Origin: Vicugna vicugna
Taxonomy: Eukaryota
Direction of reading: 5' to 3'
Assembly (NCBI GenBank): GCA_013265495.1
Contig: MU058213.1
Location: forward strand, 3,534,001 to 3,598,000
DNA: 64,000 nt
The position numbers were made by a program, and so were the translations under genes. The notes beneath the pieces were generated by a model that saw only the letters and a program-made list of their open reading frames with translations, was not told where the DNA came from and ran no database searches. This document shows positions 12,390-24,809 of the stretch, piece after piece (within the stretch, counting starts at the first letter, position 1; every line of letters starts with the position of its first letter).

Positions 12390-12810
12390 TGTGATGGTTA
12401 ATTGCATGTGTGGACTTGGCTAAGCTATTTTGCCCAGTTATTAGGTCAAACACCCATCGAGATGTTGCTAGAAGCTATTTTTAGATGTGACTAATATTTA
12501 AATCAGTGGATTCTTGAGTAAAGCAAAATGCTCTCCATAAAGTGGTGGGCCTCGCCCAATCAGTTAAAAGCCCTAAGAGCCACGACAAGTTGCCTGAAGC
12601 AGCAACTCGGCCTCAAGACTGTAACACAGAAACCCTGCCTGAGTTTCCAGCTTGCTGCCCTGCCTTGCAGATTTCAGCTGCATTAACCTGAATCTTACCT
12701 GACTCTTCAACCTCCAGCATCGCCTCACAGATTTCAGACGTGCCGGCTTCCACTATCACATAAACCAGTTCCTTAAAATTCCTTAAAATAAATCAATCTC
12801 TCTCTTTCTT
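12390..12810 (+). mobile_element. MLT2-type ERVL solo LTR
   Basis: Starts tgtgatggttaatt; gtgggcctcgcccaatcagttaaaagccctaagag; ends with ttccttaaaataaatc and a microsatellite. Confidence 0.85.
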
Positions 12811-13429
12811 TCCCTCCTTCTTTCATTCTGTGTGTGTGCTTGTGTGTGTATCAATGAAACATGTTCAGAGTGCTTTGATAGCCACTGTCTCATTTCATGT
12901 TCACAATACATTTATTGATAGATAGGGCCAATACTGTTATTCCCATTTTTTAAACATGAGAAAATATTTTCAGAAGGATTAAATAACCTGTCCTGGGTTA
13001 CAAGCTCACACGCCAAATCACCAGCAGGACTACGACAGGTCTTCTGATTTGGTATGGAATCAATAACATTCTCATCAATGCATTGTTTTCTTTTTGCTTT
13101 CTTTATATATTATGTTTATAAGTCTAGAAACATCCCACTGTTAATATCAGAAGCAACTCTTTTTTCCTTTCGACATATTACGATGCTCTGTATAGTGCTT
13201 TCACATTGTAAACACTCAAAGAATGTTCATGCACTGATCAGAGTATGACAAATATCAATTTTGGCAAGTGAAGAGATACACTACACCAAGGTTTCCCACA
13301 AAAAAGACTTGACAACTACAAGCAGGGTGTAGAGCACCAACATGAGCCGTCCCTCCTTGTGGACAATATGCCAGTAACTCAAATAAAATAGTTCACCAGT
13401 GATGTACCCAAAATCAGGGAGAAATTCAC

Positions 13430-14020
13430 ATCAGTGGAAAAATAACACAGTAATACCAAGACCCAGCAATTCAACCCCAAAATACCAATCTCAGAGATAC
13501 ACTCATATATCAGGAAACATAGCAAGAATGTTTATCAGTTGGTAATAGCTCAACACTGGACACAACACTAACACCTACTAAGGAGGATAAATACATACAT
13601 TACAGTATTTTAGCATTTGTAGACGAAGGGAAAACTATGCATCTGTGAAAATGAGTTATTAAGGATCAATGTCACAAACATAACACTAAGCAAAAAAGCA
13701 TGTCACAGAGGAAAGTATACAGAGCACTGCTATTTTAATAAATTCAGAAATATGAAAAGGAAACTACTGTTTTTAGATGTATATATGTACATGATAAAAG
13801 TATTTCAACCAGCAAAGAAATGATAAACACAAAATTCAGGACAGTGGCTACTACTGGTAGGGGAAGAAAATAAGATTGGGGAGGGGTATGAGGGGTTCTG
13901 AAGATTTTGGTAATGTTTGTGTTCTTGAGTCATAAGTGTACAGATATGTGTCTTATGTTTAACAAAGATTCATATTATATGTACTTTTTTGTATGTATAT
14001 TTCATGACTGAAAAAACACC
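13430..14020 (+). mobile_element. Old L1M(E) 3' fragment
   Basis: gacccagcaattc...ataaacacaaaattcaggacagtggctac resembles L1ME 3' end. Confidence 0.6.
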
Positions 14021-14611
14021 AACACTAAATTTCATCTGGTCTTATCTAGAAGGAAAACAGATCTGGAGAGACAGGGGAAAAATAGAAACTGTTCCCTATT
14101 CTATTAAAAAAAAAAAAGCAAAAATACAAACAGAAAACCAAGCGCTCCACAACTAACTAAATCTGATAACCAAATCATCAACAGCCATCACTCAGCTTAC
14201 AAACTGAGACTGCCGGGTAGTGATGGCGTCGCCCTCGGCAGCAAAACAGCACCTTTGCTTATTATGATGCTAATGAACAGATTTCATTGCAACGTCTTCT
14301 GTTACTAGTATAGCTTTCACTTCTTGAGGAGGGAAAAAAAACGTGTTATGGAGTCCAATACTAAAAATTGATACTTAAAAAAAAAATCCAGTTTCTTTGT
14401 TAGCTACAAAACAAATAAGACTGTTTAATTCCTTTTTTGGTGTTTCTGTTTAATAAATGCTTCTGATGTGCTTTGAATATCTAAGACTGTTTTTGTACCT
14501 TCATATTCAAATCTTACAGGTTTAAAATATAAAGTATGATGCTAAAAAGAAGATTTGAAATAAGGTTCCAAAGAGACAAATTAGGAAAAGGATAGGATTT
14601 CAAGATAGTTT

Positions 14612-15003
14612 AGTGGGGAAAGTGGTGGGGGCGGGGGTGGGGGACGGGAGGGATAAATTAGGAATTTGGGGTTAACAGATACATACCACTATACATAAAA
14701 TAGATAAACATCAAGAATTTATTGTATATAACCTTTAATGGAAAAAATATGAAAACAAATATATGTATGTATGTGCATGACTAGGACATTGTGCTGTACA
14801 CCAGAGATTGACACATTGTAATTGACTGTACTGCAATTAAAAAAAAAAGAATTTATTGTATAGCACAGGGAACTATATTCAGTATCTTGTAAAAACCTAA
14901 AATGGAAAAGAATCTGAAAAAATATATATATATAACTGAATCACTTAGCTGTACACCTAAAACTAACACAATATGTAAATCAATGATACTTGATTTTAAA
15001 AAA
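14612..15003 (+). mobile_element. L1 3' end carrying a nested younger L1 3' end (14729-14846)
   Basis: G-rich tract then gggataaattagga...gcacagggaactatattcagtatcttgta; perfect 16-bp TSD aagaatttattgtata at 14713-14728 and 14847-14862. Confidence 0.85.
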
Positions 15004-15572
15004 GGTAGTCTTTAGGAAATCAGGAATCAGAACTATCCTTTCATAAAAATAAAATCAAATTTAACTTTGCTTTTTCTCCCTCTAAGGGCTGACAATCCCT
15101 TAGAGGACTTTATATGTCATCAGTGTAGAGAGGACAGCTTTCCTCTGTAGATGAGTAGGGATGAGGGGGTAGATGGTATGTTGTAACTGGATACAGGTAA
15201 CCCGAAGAAATCCACTGGAGTGAGGGGGTGGTGACTCCCTGAGCCTGGACTACCGACCAGGGTACAAGGATGGACATGAGGAAGGCAAGACAGAGACATA
15301 GGCTTTCCTGCCGTCTCCTGTCACAAGCCTTGAGGAAGACTGTGTAATCTGTTGAGAACCAACAATCAGGAGAGGTGCTGGGAGGAGAAGGGTAGAGAGC
15401 AGCACCAGGGAAGAGGAAAAAAACTGTATCTATCCACCATTTCGCCCAGAGTTCTCCATAACCAGCCCCAAAGCACCCCTCACCTCACAGGTGCCCAGCC
15501 CACTTTTCCTTGCTGTTCTACTGAACTACACACCCTTGCTAAACAATTCACACTCATACAATGTTAACTTAC

Positions 15573-15626
15573 CAATCGATTTTCATCAAACACTTCAAAA
15601 AGAAGTCGGTGCTCCTGCGGGTGGAC
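15573..15626 (-). CDS. NEDD4: NEDD4 coding exon 5 (VHPQEHRLLFEVFDENRL), C2 domain
   Basis: 54 nt, acceptor ttttccttacttag, donor TTG|GTAAGT, phase 0 at both ends. Confidence 0.97.
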
Positions 15627-15672
15627 CTAAGTAAGGAAAACACAACCTTTCTTTAAAAACAAGTGAATATCA

Positions 15673-15851
15673 GAACTATATTCAATATCTTATAAAATAA
15701 CCTGTAGTGGCAAAGAATCTGAAAAAGTATATATATATACACACACACACACACACATACACAACTGAATCACTTTGCTGAATATCACAAACGAATCCAT
15801 CATTGTAAATCAACTGTACTTTAATAAAAATTAAAAGAAAACAAACAACAA
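15673..15851 (+). mobile_element. 5'-truncated L1 3' end
   Basis: gaactatattcaatatctt...aactgaatcactttgctg...aataaa plus A-rich tail; 18-bp TSD with one mismatch (15655-15672, 15852-15869). Confidence 0.85.
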
Positions 15852-17946
15852 AAAAACAAGTGAACATCAACCCACAGAAACTGAGAAATAAATGCTTGAA
15901 AATGCTGCCATTTCCTAATTCCTGTTATTTACAATGTATTTTACATCACACGAAATACTTAATACAAAAGCCCAGGCCAGTCACGTGTCACTCATTTCCT
16001 AATAGTTTTACCATAACAACAAATTGGTTGCTTATTCTTCCATTTTTTCTAAAACAGAATAAAAGAAAGTAAGATAAATTTTCAAGAAATTAAATATCTG
16101 CAAGCACTTAAAATATAGATTAGATTTTAACTTATTATCGATTTTATGTACTCACTTTTTATTTATCAGGTTAGAACTACCCAAAGCGGATGTTGATTTT
16201 ATGGAAACTAGTGTTCTGAATCCTTTCAGTACTGACTTGATAAAACCATTCTATATAAAGTACACAAGCAGTCATAAAGTATACACTGAGTTTTCACTTA
16301 CTGTTTATGTCTTACAGCAAGAGTAACAGTTAACATGCAGCATGCTATTTTTCAAAGCCAATGCTTTAATTTTTGCTGAAATGTTTCAACATCAAGTTAA
16401 ATATCTACTAAATATCAAACACAAAGAAAATCTTTACTAATTTTTTATACCAGAAGTTCAGATGATGTATAAAATATTCCCACATTTAAGTTGATACTTT
16501 CCCTATGATAAATATACTACATTAAACACTGAGATATCTCAAAACTTTGGTTTACCTGTCAAAAATATCAATAGCCTTCAGATAAACGTCCTCTATGTGT
16601 GACAAAGATATTTAGGTACTTAACCCAATGCCCACTCTCCCTGATGTCCTTCTGAGGACATAATTCTAATTTTACCTGCAGCGATGGGTCTGGGGTCCAC
16701 TGTATAACTCTGTGGGGGGTGGGCTTTTTTAAAAATGAAGTATTATATAAGTTCAGTAAAGTATAAAGTTTACTAACCTTAAATATACAGCTTGATGATT
16801 TTTCATACATGTATACTGTGCTATCATCACCCAGATCAAATTCTGGAACACTCCATTCTATTTTATGTACTGTCTTCTATGTGAACAGTGCCCTCTGGAC
16901 TCGTTCGACATTGAGACTCTCAATACGACTCCCTAAAGGGGTTCCCTCGCACCTAGGGGCGACCAGAGAGGCCAACCTAGAGGCAGTCATCAGATGCGAC
17001 TACTGGGAGAGCTCTTGAAATGCGGCTGACACAGCTGGGAGAGGTGTCCCTTTCGTCCTCTGCATTTCTTTTTCCTGCGTGCAACTTGGTCAGGACAGCT
17101 GGCACCGCTCCTGTCACATGGTGATCAGGGAGCAACCATGAGGTTGGAAGCCCCACTCAAGGGCTGGACGCCATGGGGCTAGCAGAAGAGTGTAAGACAA
17201 CAATCTGCTCTAAGAAGATGTAGAGGGAGTTTTGGGGAGGAGATGACACTTGAGCTAAGACTTGAAAGGTGGGAAGAATTTGAGTAAGAAGGTATAGAGA
17301 GCATTCACAGCAAGACATCACAGGAGCAAAGGCACGGGGGCAGAATGAGCATGAGCTAAGAAGATTAGGCTGGTAAGAACATTTTTGTATTAGAAAATGG
17401 TAAAAAAAAATTCTGTTAGTTAGGGTAGAGCCAGGCCGAGGGCACTGATATCCAGAAAAGGAATTAAGATTTGACTAGTAGGGAAGAAAATAAAGCTTTT
17501 AAAGGAAAAAAATAACATGACATAGCTCCTATCTCATATTATTTTGTCAGTGATACACAAGATGAATTGGACTAGAGAAAGCGCCTGGAGTCCACAGGGG
17601 ACTGTGGCCCTAGTAACTCAGGCACGAAGCGATGAGAGATACTTAGGAAAGAAAAGAAAACACTTTTTAAAGCGGTAAGGAGTATCCTTATAGACATCTG
17701 GGAAAGTCTTGCAACCATAAAGCAAAAACAGGACACTATTAAAAAAAAAAGACAACCAGAGAACAAAGCAGTGGCATTGCAACTAAAAATGGCAGTTGAA
17801 TTCAAATAAAAGCAATTTAAGGTAAATTTGCAGAAATCTCCCAAAATGTAGAACAAAAAGCTAAGCTGAAGACAAATATGAGAGAACATAAAAAGAGGAT
17901 TTTCTGAACAGATTCAGTGAAAGAATTAAGCCCTAATGCCCTAAAA

Positions 17947-18160
17947 CAGAGGGTGAGTAAGCTACAGCTTATGGGCCAAATCCAGCCAGGCACCTGCTTA
18001 CTTAAACAGCACAAAAGAGTATTTTTTTTCCATTTTAAAATGGTTACATTTTAAACAGATATCTAAGTATCCACAACATAGCCTCAATTTTTGTCCCCGG
18101 CCTGTGACACCTACAATATTTACTACCTAGACCTTTATAAACATTTTTGCTGACTCCTGT
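17947..18160. mobile_element. MER58-like hAT-Charlie MITE
   Basis: cagagggtgagtaagctacagcttatgggccaaatccagcc ... aatatttactac...tttgctgactcctg. Confidence 0.8.
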
Positions 18161-18999
18161 CCTAAGACATTTACTGTATGTTATCTATTGATTTATCTCC
18201 TATATATCCAGGACAGCAACTGCATGAGACTGTCCTTGGACTATGTGAGGAAAATGTCACTCTAATCAACTTCTGGGTTCTGCGGTTCACCTGAGGAATT
18301 CTGACTGAGAAAGAGAACAATCAGCCTCAATAACCCTGCACCTGGCTGGGCTCCTCGAACGATAACACGGAGGGAAGGAAATCATTAAAGAAATTATTCA
18401 CACAAAAATTTTCAGAGCTGATGGGAACCAGTGGTCGTCTACTGGCCATACGTAAATTGGCTGTCTACCTATCTGTCATATGTGGAACTCAGTTTGGGAC
18501 GTGGATGTGTGAGCTATTCCACAGAATGGGAATAATGACCAGAATGACAAATAGGAGCAGTTAAACTGTGGTTCCTTCTGGGAAGTGAGGATGCAGGGGA
18601 GAGCATGGAGCCCCAGAGTCGGCTGCTTTCCATTACGAGCCCCTTCATACGATCTCATTTTCAAGCTACGTGTGAATTCTCTGATGAGATTTTTTTTTAA
18701 AAATAGGAGTAAAGCTATGGTCACAAAACCCTGAGTTTACAGGGTCATATTTATAGGATGAAAGCAGAAGAAACAAAAATAAAAATTCTGGCAATAAGCT
18801 TTTTGAAAAGTATGTTAAGTCCATAAATGCATAAAAGAGTAGAGAAAACACAACTTGCCAGCAGGGTAACCAAGTTTTCAAAGAAGAACAAAGGTACTGA
18901 TAAATGTCAATTTATTCTATGGTGTTCGTAAAGAACCTGAAGAAATGTTCCTGGAAATTCTGCTGGTGCCTGCAGGAAAAAAAAAAGTTCAGGCACCCT

Positions 19000-19660
19000 A
19001 AAAATTTAGTTTTATTGAGATATAATGTACATACCATGTAAATGACCCATTGAAAATGTACAATTCACTGGTTTTTAGTGCATTCACAGAGTGTGCAACC
19101 ACCATCACAATTTTAGAACATTTTCATCACCTCAAAAAGAAACCCCAGGCCCTTTAGCAGTCCCTCCTAATCCCACCTCAACTGCCTCAATTCAGGCAAC
19201 ATCTAATCTATTTTTTTGTCTCTATAGATTTGCCTATTGCATTTAACATAAGTGGAATCTTACAATATGTGGCTTTTTGTAGCTGGCTTCTTTTACTTTG
19301 CATAATGTTTTTGAGGTTCACCCATGTTGTAGCACGTATCAGTACTTCATGTCTTTTTTAACTTTTTTTTCCTTGGGGGGGAGGTAGTTAGGTTTATTTA
19401 CTTTAATTATTGTTTTTTTATGGAGGTACGGGGGATTGAACCCAGGACCTCGTGCATGCTAAGCACACGCTCTACCACTTGAGCTATGTCCTCCTCACAT
19501 TTCTTTTTATAACTGAATAATATCCCATTGTATGTATATACCTTCTTCTGTTTATCCATCCATTTGTTGATGGCCATATGGATTGTTTCTACTTTTTGAC
19601 TATAACGGGTAATGATGCTATGAACATTCCTGTACAAGATTTTGTGTGGACATATGTGTT
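19000..19660 (-). mobile_element. L1MB-type 3' end
   Basis: tttattgagatataat...ttttagaacattttcatcacc...gctatgaacattc. Confidence 0.85.
19363..19496 (-). mobile_element. tRNA-Ala-derived SINE (Vic-1 type) nested in L1
   Basis: Same head and tail as the 2051 copy; degenerate flanking repeat catgtctttttta / catttcttttta. Confidence 0.88.
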
Positions 19661-20164
19661 AAGTAGATTTTAAAATAAAACCTGCATAAAAAAGTAAATG
19701 AACCAGATAAGTATTTTCACAAGCATAAAGCACTGTATAAATAAAAAATAACTTGGCATTTTATTTACATGTTTTATGTCTTTCTACATTGTTTCTCTAC
19801 ACAGTTAGTTATTTCTAATCAACAAATATAAATTATAGATACACAGCCATGGAAGAAAAACCCAAACAGTAAAAAAGATATACAGTACAGTGAATCATAA
19901 ATCTCTCACCCTTTTCCTACCCTCAGGAAAAATAGTGTGAACGGTTTCTCAGGTCCTTCCAGAAGTATTTTCTGCAAATACCAGCAAACAAGAGAGCTGT
20001 TCTGTTTTTACATAAATAGGTGCATCACATACGCAGTGTTCTGTACCTTTGTTCCTTTATTTAATGTTTTGACACTAACATCCTATCAATACACATATGT
20101 CTGTCTCTTTTTAAACAGCTGATGAGGATTTTATTACGTGGCTAAACCATAAGTTACTTAGTGC

Positions 20165-20690
20165 TTTGCTAATGGGGCATCCCATCTTTTCCCCTAGCTA
20201 ACAGAATACTGACTTTATTCAAATATTGGATGATGATGTGTGTCAGGCTTACAGGCAGCTGCTCACCACTCCCGGGATTGACTTCTGACTCATCTAAGCC
20301 TCCGGGTAATTCTATTCTTCTTACCAATGACTGGGTTAGAAATACACACACAACACAATTCTGGCCCAAGAGATATGAAAAAAGGTCTCTCAGGGAAACT
20401 TTAGGAAAAGGGTTCTTCACTTTTTGAAAGAGACATGTAGGAGAAACTCCCCCTTTTCTACCTCATCATGGGAGGCTATGTCATCTGGAACTGCTGCAAG
20501 CTTCTCGTGACCGTGGAGAGAAAGCTCAGAGGATCCCCGAGAGGCTGGGTTCAACACGACCGTTCAGCTGCTGCGGCCACCCCCTTTCTGCTACAAAGCT
20601 TGCGAGGACAGATAATCAATGTGCCTATTGTTCAAGCCAGCTTTAGTTGTCACTTTAAGTCTTGAAGCTGAAAGCATCCTCAATGATACA
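20165..20690 (+). mobile_element. MLT1-type MaLR solo LTR
   Basis: caattctggcccaagagatatga...gaagctgaaagcatcctcaatgataca. Confidence 0.7.
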
Positions 20691-21025
20691 CTTCAGAATG
20701 GCCTTCCCTAAGTACCTCACACCCCACAAATTCTCTAACATCCCCTCAGATTCACTCCTTAGCACCCAGTGTTTTCCCCTTTACAAGGCTCAGCACACTG
20801 GCAATTACTTTGAGAGACTAGTTCATAGGGGCCCACAGTAGACAGTAAGCTTCACTGAGGGTAGGGACGATGGCCTCACAGTCACAAGCATTAGCTAACC
20901 ATTCTACACATTTTTAGGGGTACCATACTTTATCAAGTAACTTAAGCCACAGTTGATGGGTAGGTTGACATCTTTTCCACTGGTGCCATGGTGGCCTAGG
21001 GTGAGACCAACAACCCTCTCTTAAT

Positions 21026-21119
21026 TCTTTTTTTTTTTTTAATGGAGGTACCAGGGATTGAACCTAGGACCTCGTGCATGCTAAGCATGTGCTCTACCAC
21101 TGAGCCATATCACCCTCCC
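21026..21119 (-). mobile_element. tRNA-Ala-derived SINE, short form
   Basis: tRNA-like head followed directly by poly(A), lacking the cctaattacc tail. Confidence 0.85.
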
Positions 21120-22940
21120 TGCCCTGCCCACTCCAACAAGAAGCATTAGTTAAGTGACTGGGGAATAAGTAGAGAAAAATACCACACCAATTTTTTGCAT
21201 GTGTAAGGAGGTGGGGAAGTATACATACATGAATAAAAACACTTAGGAAAAAATACCAGAAAATCACACAATCAGTGATGGTTTAATGGAGATTAAATTA
21301 TGGCTGATTTTTATTTCTCTTTATAAAAGTATCCATGGTGTACAAGTTATGTTGTTTCTGTAACATAACACTAATACATACATGAACATATATAAACATT
21401 ATGGAAATAAAACATGTATGAATACTCAAGATACAAAAGGAGCACCATGGGTATACAGGGAATGGAGTGGGCGATCTTTTCCAGATGCTCATACACGATG
21501 CTGATTCTCAGAGCATATAATGTGTATTTCACACCTAATGTGTCGAACTTTTCCCCTCCTGTTAACTTGCCTCCCTTGGTCTCATGTGAGCAACCTTGAG
21601 CGCAAATTTTACTATCGTGTGCTATTGAGCATGAACTTCAATTTGGAGTCTTCCCTGTTTGTTAATCCACCAATAATAGTTCTCCTCCCAAAACTTTCAT
21701 TGAACCTCATGTTTTCTCAATGAGATAAAGGTTCCCTTCAACTCCTGGCCACAATTTCCATTTGGCTGAATGCCCAATACCCAAGTTTTTACTGTAATAT
21801 CTCAACAGACATTTTTATGTGAATACATTCAATTGAAAACATTTTGTGCTACGTATAAATAATGATAAAAATGACAAAGAAGAAAACAGGAGCCCACATA
21901 TAATTATGTCCTTTGTATAGCAAGTACTAAATCACCTTGTGTTTCCAGTTCTATATCCAGCTGTGATGAATTAGCATTGATTCACACAAATTTATCTAGC
22001 TACCACTGCAATAAATTTGCAAATTTCTGATTGCAGTCTATGATCCCAGAATAAAGTAATACTGTCTAGAACATTTGGTAATAGTGAAGCTATGGAAAAA
22101 GAAACAATGAATAAAAGGCAATAGCGTTCTGAGCCTGGTTTATCATTTACAAATGACCTTCTTTCTTATTTTTGTGGTAACAGCTCCAATTCAAGAGCAG
22201 TACTGACTTTCAAATATCCTTTCTAATAGGAAATTAAGATCATAAAAATAATGGGAAGGTTTTTTATTACAATTTTAAATTAAAAATTTTTTACAATTTC
22301 AATTGCAATTTTAATTCCTCTAACAGATATCCACATTATCTCTTTCTACCCATATTTTGATGTTCCTTTCATTACTGATATTGGCCATTTGAGTTTTCTC
22401 TCTCTCTTATTTGGGTTAGCTGTGGTACATCCATTTTATTAATCTTGTCAAAGAACCACCTTTAGTTTCTCTTTTCATTCATTTTCTATTTTACTGATTT
22501 CCATACTCCTTCCCTCTACTTTTTTATTTTTTGCTTAAGGTAGAAACAGATAATTGATTTTAAGTACTTTTTCTTTTGTACATAAGCATTTAAAGATGTA
22601 AATTTCTCTACAAGCAATGAATTAACTCACCCCATATTCTGATACGTTACACTTTCATTACCAGTGAAAATGATTTATAATTTTCCTCATGATTCCCTTT
22701 TTGACGCATGGCTTATTTAAAACGTTTAATTTCCAAATATTTGTGGATTTTCCTGATATACTGATATACCCAGATATACACATGTATTTCCCAGATACAC
22801 ATTCCAGAATTCTATTCAAAGTCTACTGTAATCAGAGAACATACTCTGTTGAATCTCAAGTCTTTTAAGTGTACTCAGACTTGTTTTACGGCCCAATAGA
22901 TGGTCTATCTTAGGGAATGTTTCAATGCCAAAAATTGTTC

Positions 22941-23204
22941 TTTTTTTTAATTGAAGTATAGTCAGTTTACAATGTTGTGTCAATTTCTGGTGTACAGCAC
23001 AATGTTTCAGTCGCACATGAATGTACATACATTTGTTTTCATATTCTTTTTCACCATGAGCTACTACAAGATATAGTTCCCTATGCTATACAGTATAAAC
23101 TTGTTTATCTATTTTATGTATACGAGTCAGTATCTGCAAATCTCAGACTCCCAGTTTATCCTTTCCCACTCCCGTCCCTCCAGTAACCATAAGTTTGTTT
23201 TCTA
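22941..23204 (-). mobile_element. Younger lineage L1 3' end
   Basis: ttttttaattgaagtatagtcagtttacaatgttgtgtcaatttctggtgtacagc; homologous to copies at 14729, 29230 and 41280. Confidence 0.85.
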
Positions 23205-23237
23205 TCAATGTTAAAAAGAATAGATATTCTTCAGGTA

Positions 23238-23709
23238 CAGGCATACTTTGTTTAACTGTGTTTCAAAGATTTTGCAATTGTTTACAAATTGAAGGTTTGG
23301 GGCAAACCTGTGTTGAGCAAGTATATTAGTGCCATTTTTCCAAAAGCATTTGCTCACTTCATGTCTCTATGTCCCATTTAGCAATTCTCACAATATTTCA
23401 CACTTTTTCATTATTATTATATTTGTTCTGGTGATCTGTGATCAGTGATCTCTGATGTTACTATTGCAAGATTAGGAGTTGCTGAAGGCTCCGATGATGG
23501 TTAGCATTTTTAGCAATATTTTTTATTAAGGTATGCATAGTTTTTTTAGACATAAAGCTACCGCATCCTTTGTTAAGTATAGCATAATCGTATAGTGTAA
23601 ATATAACTTTTATATTTACTGAGAAACCAAAAACTTCATCTGAGTCACTTTATTATGGTACAAGCTTTATTACAGTGGTCTGAATTTGTAATGTCTCTGA
23701 GGTATGCTG
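23238..23709. mobile_element. Tigger1 internal-deletion derivative (TcMar MITE)
   Basis: TA|caggcatac ... gaggtatgctg|TA termini with Tigger1 5' and 3' subterminal sequence. Confidence 0.88.
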
Positions 23710-24369
23710 TATCAGATACAGTGTTCTATACATGAAATAGGTTAAGTTGATAGTGCTGTTCAAATCTTTTATGTACTTATTGGCTTTTTTTTTGGTCTAG
23801 TTTTAGCAATTTCTGAGAGAGAAGTGATAAAATCTTCAATTATTCTGGATTTATGTATTTCTCCATTTAGTTCTGTCCATTTTTGCTTCATAATCTTGAA
23901 GTTCTTTCATCAGGTGTATACACAGGACTGTATGTCTTTCTGATGAATAAGTGCTTTAATAATCATGAAATCTCTCTGGTAATACTCTTCATTCTGAAGT
24001 CTATTTCATCTAATGATATTACAGCCACATCAGGGTTTTGTTTTGTTTGGCTTAGTGCGTGTATAGCCTACCTTTTCCTGCACTTTTACTTTTCACCTGT
24101 CTGTATCTCTATACTCCAAGTGAACAGCCTATAGTTGAATCTTGCTTTTTTTTTTTTGTAATTATTGAGACGGTTTGCTATTATCTATTTATTTTCGATG
24201 TTTTATTCCTCGTTTCTTCCCTTTTGTCTTTTAAAGAATTACTAATCAAGTATTTCTTGGTATTCCATTTTATTCTCTTTATTAGACTTTTACCTATAAT
24301 TTTTCATTTTAATTTCTTCATGGTGGCTCTAAGGATTACAATAGGCACCTTAAATATCACAATTACAAC

Positions 24370-24809
24370 AGACAGAGTCGAGCCACTTGGATCACTTTCA
24401 GATCTCTTCCCAGAGAATTTACAGAGTTGACTGGCAGCCCCCACTGACCACGCACCTTTGAATCTACCCGTTGGGTTCTCTTTGCTTGCTCTCAAAGACT
24501 GGGCACAGCAAGGGTTCTAGAGCCTGGCCATTCTTGCCCAACACAAGACTTCTCTAACAGACAACCTTTGCTGGGAAACTCTCCATCCACCTGGATGGGA
24601 CTTTCTCAGCACCGTGCTGCAGTGTGAGGCTCTTCCTACCCAAACTTTTCACCCCTCTTCCTGCACAGGTCTTAAGCCTGCATCATGATGAGAAGGCTCT
24701 CCCCATCTGTGTCCTTCCTGTCTGACCTTCACAGGTGCTTCCCCAATAAACCTCCTGCATATCTCATTCCATCTTGGTGTCTGTTTCTAAGAGGGCCCAA
24801 ACCAACACA
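24370..24809 (+). mobile_element. LTR16-like 5' LTR of an ERVL provirus
   Basis: AATAAA at 24745-24750, ends ...ccaacaca, followed by PBS-like tggcacaagtagtgg (24812-24826). Confidence 0.75.

Larger units (their letters stand above)
22300..24360 (-). mobile_element. Old L1M ORF2 fragment with nested insertions
   Basis: T-rich L1 antisense motifs (tcaaagaaccac, ttaatttccaaatattt, tcagagaacatact). Confidence 0.75.
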
